Below the pieces are notes generated by a model that saw only the letters and a program-made list of their open reading frames with translations, did no database searches and was not told where the DNA came from. Below are positions 60,543 through 64,000 of a stretch of 64,000 nt of DNA, piece after piece. The DNA comes from an uncultured Chroococcidiopsis sp. (GTDB lineage Bacteria > Cyanobacteriota > Cyanobacteriia > Cyanobacteriales > Chroococcidiopsidaceae), in NCBI GenBank assembly GCA_964248365.1, contig CAXTYC010000002.1, positions 32,001 through 96,000 on the forward strand, read 5' to 3'. The position numbers and the translations under genes were made by a program. Every line of letters begins with the position of its first letter. Positions within the stretch are counted from its first letter, which is position 1.

Positions 60543-60788
60543 ATGCAGAACTCTCCTCTGAGGGAACAACCCCGCGAACAGCGAGCTAGTGTAATTCCCC
60601 TAAAGCACGAATCTTCACTGCTAGACTGGTTGCAATCTAGCGGTCGTCTTATATCACGCGACCAACAAGAACAGGATTTTTTGGATTCAGCAGAAGAAGA
60701 TGATGTTTCAGGCTTGATCGAATCGGATGATGTAGGCGACTTCTACGATGATGATGATGATGAATTAGTCATCGAGGATGACGAGTAG
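60543..60788 (+). CDS. DUF3134-like small acidic protein
   Basis: LREQPR.QRA.VIP...SLLDWL.SSGRL..R with an acidic tail; usual position upstream of cyanobacterial mraY. Confidence 0.75.
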   Translation: MQNSPLREQPREQRASVIPLKHESSLLDWLQSSGRLISRDQQEQDFLDSAEEDDVSGLIESDDVGDFYDDDDDELVIEDDE

Positions 60789-60960
60789 TCATCATTCGGA
60801 TGAACGATATAAAGTCAAGCCCGCACGGTTGGATAGGATGAACGGATGAATGTCTAGATTATTGATTCATCCTTCGTCCTTTCTTTTTTATCTAGCCTAA
60901 TATTTTAAGGAACTCGGCTATACTCCAAAGCTTAGATGTATGGTGTGAAAGGACAATTTT

Positions 60961-62058
60961 GTGGAAGCAAAATCATCTTCGGAGTCATTCAATCTCTCTG
61001 GTAGTAGTCTGCTTGTGTTACTGACTGTTGTACTGAGTGCAGCGGCTATAATACTTGATTGGGCTGCACATAGGCTACCTTGGCAGGTACAATCACTGAC
61101 TATGCCTTTGTGGGTGTGCGCACTTATCACGGCTGGGCTGGGATATTGGGTAGTACCCCTCCTGGTGCAGTTAAAAACTGGACAGGTGATCCGCGAGGAT
61201 GGTCCTCAAGCTCATTTAAAAAAAGCTGGCACTCCAACAATGGGCGGAGTGTTTTTTGTACCTGTGGCAGTATTAGTTGCTGTGGTATGGTCAGGCTTTG
61301 CCTCGTGTGCGATCGCCTGTTGTGGGATTACATTTGGGTATGGCTTGATCGGCTGGCTAGACGATTGGCAAATCCTGCGTCGCAAGTCGAATAAAGGTAT
61401 CTCGCCACGCATGAAACTTGCCTTGCAAATTGGTTTTGGAGTGCTGTTTTGTGCTTGGCTGGCACACAGTCAATCAGGTAATATCACAGCGATCGCTTTA
61501 CCCTTTGGTTTTGCCATTTCTTTGGGTTGGCTGTTTTGGGCTTTGGCACTGTTTGTGCTAGTGGCAGAAAGTAACGCTACTAACTTAACAGATGGGGTTG
61601 ATGGCTTGGCAGGGGGAACAGTTGCGATCGCTCTATTAGGACTTGGGGCGTTAGTTGCTCCCACATCACCTGAACTGATGATTTTCTGTGCTTGTATGAC
61701 TGGTAGCTGTTTAGGTTTTCTGGTTCACAACCGCAACCCTGCCCGTGTTTTCATGGGAGATACAGGTTCCTTGGCATTAGGAGGAGCTTTATCCGGTGTA
61801 GCTCTACAGACTAATACTTTGTGGGCGCTGTTTATCCTCAGTGGCATCTTTTTTGTCGAATCTTTGTCAGTAATAGCCCAGGTAAGCTACTACAAAGCCA
61901 CTAAAGGATCAGACGGCGTTGGCAAACGACTATTCAAAATGGCTCCCTTACACCATCATCTTGAACTTTCTGGCTGGTCAGAATTGCAAGTGGTTGCCGT
62001 CTTTTACACAATTAATGCAATGCTGGTACTTCTATGTTGGGCAATAGACTTGATTTGA
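60961..62058 (+). CDS. mraY: Phospho-N-acetylmuramoyl-pentapeptide transferase
   Basis: HLKKAGTPTMGG, LDD, NATNLTDGVDGL, FMGDTGS and MAPLHHH. Confidence 0.97.
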   Translation: MEAKSSSESFNLSGSSLLVLLTVVLSAAAIILDWAAHRLPWQVQSLTMPLWVCALITAGLGYWVVPLLVQLKTGQVIREDGPQAHLKKAGTPTMGGVFFVPVAVLVAVVWSGFASCAIACCGITFGYGLIGWLDDWQILRRKSNKGISPRMKLALQIGFGVLFCAWLAHSQSGNITAIALPFGFAISLGWLFWALALFVLVAESNATNLTDGVDGLAGGTVAIALLGLGALVAPTSPELMIFCACMTGSCLGFLVHNRNPARVFMGDTGSLALGGALSGVALQTNTLWALFILSGIFFVESLSVIAQVSYYKATKGSDGVGKRLFKMAPLHHHLELSGWSELQVVAVFYTINAMLVLLCWAIDLI

Positions 62059-62217
62059 AAATAAGCAAGAGCTAGAGGATACATTTCATCCTTAGACTTC
62101 TTGCTCCAAGTCGGGAAAAGGGAAAAGGGGCTAAAGGCTAGAGGCTAGAGGCTAGAGGCTAGAGGCTAGAGGTTATTTTCTCCCCTTGTCCCCTTGTCCC
62201 CTCTCCCCCTCTTTTGT

Positions 62218-63537
62218 TTACAGTACCTGCACAGTATTGTTACTACCATAGAGCGGCAGGTTGGCATCATTACTGTTGTTGCTGTTAGCGAAACTAGCGC
62301 CAGGTATTGAGCCACTACCTCCCATCGAGCTACCAGCTTCTAAGGGGTTGCTACCACCACCACCAGCTGAGCTACCACCTGCTAAGAGGTTTTCATTACC
62401 TGCAAAAGCGGGGCTACCACCACCAGCCGCAGAGTTTTGTTCAAATTGCCACTGGTAAGAGTCATTATTCTGGGGCGCACCAAAGAGTCCCTTGAAGAAG
62501 TCAGGATCGTTGACGTTAGCACTACTAAATGTAGGGCTACCACCGCCAGTCATGGGGCTGCTACCACCACCAGTTATACTGTCACCACCACCAGTCATAG
62601 GACTACCACCACTCATGGGGCTACCACCACCACTCATGGGGCTACCACCACCAGTTAGACTGTCACCACCACTCATGGGGCTACCACCACCACTCATGGG
62701 GCTACCACCACCAGTTATAGGGACACCAGAAGGATCTGAGGGCGAACCGCTGGCTGACTGAGAATATTGCCAATTGTAGTTGTCATCATTCTTGGGTTGA
62801 TTGGCATCAGCATTCATGGACTGCCCTCCAGTTGATGATGAATTATCATTATTACCACTCATGGGGCTACCACCACCACTCATGGGGCTACCACCACCAG
62901 TTATAGGGACACCAGAAGGATCTGAGGGCGAACCGCTGGCTGACTGAGAATATTGCCAATTGTGGTTGTCATCATTCTTGGGTTGATTAGCATCAGTATT
63001 CATGGACTGCCCTCCCATTGATGATGAATTATCATTGTTACCTAGAAATAATTGTTGGCTACCATCACTAAGCGCTTTGCTCGAATCTAGTGAACTATTA
63101 TTGTTACCTACAGCCAAGACCTTGCTATCACTACCCAGTGCGTTACTTATTTGATCGATCAGTTTTTGATCATCAACCTCACGAAAAGTGTATGAGTTAT
63201 TGTTACCTACAAATGAGAGATCGCTACTACCATTAGATGCGTTGCTCAACTGTTGGCGCAGCGTGCCATCGTCAATAACAATAGCAGTTGGTGAATTATT
63301 GCTACCTACAAGTAAGGGGTTGCTACCATCACTCGATGCCTTGCTCAATTGCTCAACCAGTTTCTCGCCAGTAATAACGGGTAAAGTTTGTGAATTATTA
63401 TTACCTACAACCAAGATTTCGCTACTACCACTAGGTATCTGGCTCATCTGTTCGCTCAGTTTAGCCTCATCGATGATCAGAAATTTTGGTGAGTTATTAG
63501 TGCCTACAGACAAAGGTTCACTATTAGACGTTTCCAT
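62218..63537 (-). CDS. Repeat-built Gly/Ser/Asn-rich hypothetical protein
   Basis: AGGAGG RBS upstream; four 33-aa repeats, two 62-aa repeats and many GGGSPM units. Confidence 0.8.
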   Translation of the reverse strand: METSNSEPLSVGTNNSPKFLIIDEAKLSEQMSQIPSGSSEILVVGNNNSQTLPVITGEKLVEQLSKASSDGSNPLLVGSNNSPTAIVIDDGTLRQQLSNASNGSSDLSFVGNNNSYTFREVDDQKLIDQISNALGSDSKVLAVGNNNSSLDSSKALSDGSQQLFLGNNDNSSSMGGQSMNTDANQPKNDDNHNWQYSQSASGSPSDPSGVPITGGGSPMSGGGSPMSGNNDNSSSTGGQSMNADANQPKNDDNYNWQYSQSASGSPSDPSGVPITGGGSPMSGGGSPMSGGDSLTGGGSPMSGGGSPMSGGSPMTGGGDSITGGGSSPMTGGGSPTFSSANVNDPDFFKGLFGAPQNNDSYQWQFEQNSAAGGGSPAFAGNENLLAGGSSAGGGGSNPLEAGSSMGGSGSIPGASFANSNNSNDANLPLYGSNNTVQVL

Positions 63538-63700
63538 CGAAATTAATCCTCCTAAGTTTATCAGACATAAATTTCACACAAGAGCAAGTCTTACAATTCG
63601 GTCACGTTTGTTGTAGATGAATATTGGGAAAGGTTAAAGGAAAACAATGAATTTAAAGAACCTTTCCCCTTGATTCACCTATTGCTCTTGAGTTACTTTA

Positions 63701-64000
63701 TTAGGGCAAGCTCGAAAAGTTATAGCTGTATCCTGAGTTAGCTGAAGTATTGCCTTCCCCACCAGTCAACAACGTATCTCCTTCGCCTTGATTGCTGTTG
63801 CCAGAACCGGAGGTACTACTACCACCTCGCTGAAGGTTTCCACCAGTATTACCACGAAAAACTTGCTCGAAGTTATTAATTCCAACATCGCTCAAGCCAC
63901 CCCAAGGTGATTCTTTAAACAGGCTTTCCAGATCTTGACTACTCATGCCAGAACCGAAACCACCCGTGCCAGAACCAAAGCTATTGGTGCCACCGCCCAT
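63701..64000 (-). CDS. Gly/Ser-rich hypothetical protein, probably 5'-truncated by the window edge
   Basis: The frame is open to the window edge; composition resembles the downstream gene. Confidence 0.65.
   Translation of the reverse strand: MGGGTNSFGSGTGGFGSGMSSQDLESLFKESPWGGLSDVGINNFEQVFRGNTGGNLQRGGSSTSGSGNSNQGEGDTLLTGGEGNTSANSGYSYNFSSLP

Noticed and set aside
62261..62761. Plus-strand Pro/Thr-rich ORFs (GLPPP, ATTT repeats)
   Set aside because: They are antisense shadows of the GGGSPM repeats; the minus-strand ORF has the RBS and the long frame.

Overview
This window is chromosomal DNA of a cyanobacterium, judged from dense HIP1 GCGATCGC sites, heptamer STRR repeats and cyanobacterial gene orders; it is probably a terrestrial Chroococcidiopsidales- or Nostocales-type organism (inference). 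The backbone is housekeeping: clpS, dapL, radical SAM-rne-rnhB, pheA, rpsL-rpsG-fusA-tuf-rpsJ, an iscA-like gene, glsF, murT/gatD, sbcC and mraY. An accessory stretch at about 34-54 kb carries the most interesting features. These are an ethylene-binding plus insert-Cys cyanobacteriochrome hybrid kinase next to a REC-GGDEF-EAL protein, two tandem Yfr2-type sRNA genes, a bestrophin fused to a FinO-like-protein domain, a degenerate tandem CBCR-GAF protein and a monofunctional catalase. Other notable features are a highly structured 465-nt rpsL-rpsG spacer, a fixed-length 64-bp mini-element family, several repeats inserted in frame into conserved proteins, a GHL10 pseudogene and repeat-built low-complexity proteins at the right edge. 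I found no rRNA, tRNA, CRISPR array or transposase. All family names come from motif recognition without database searches.
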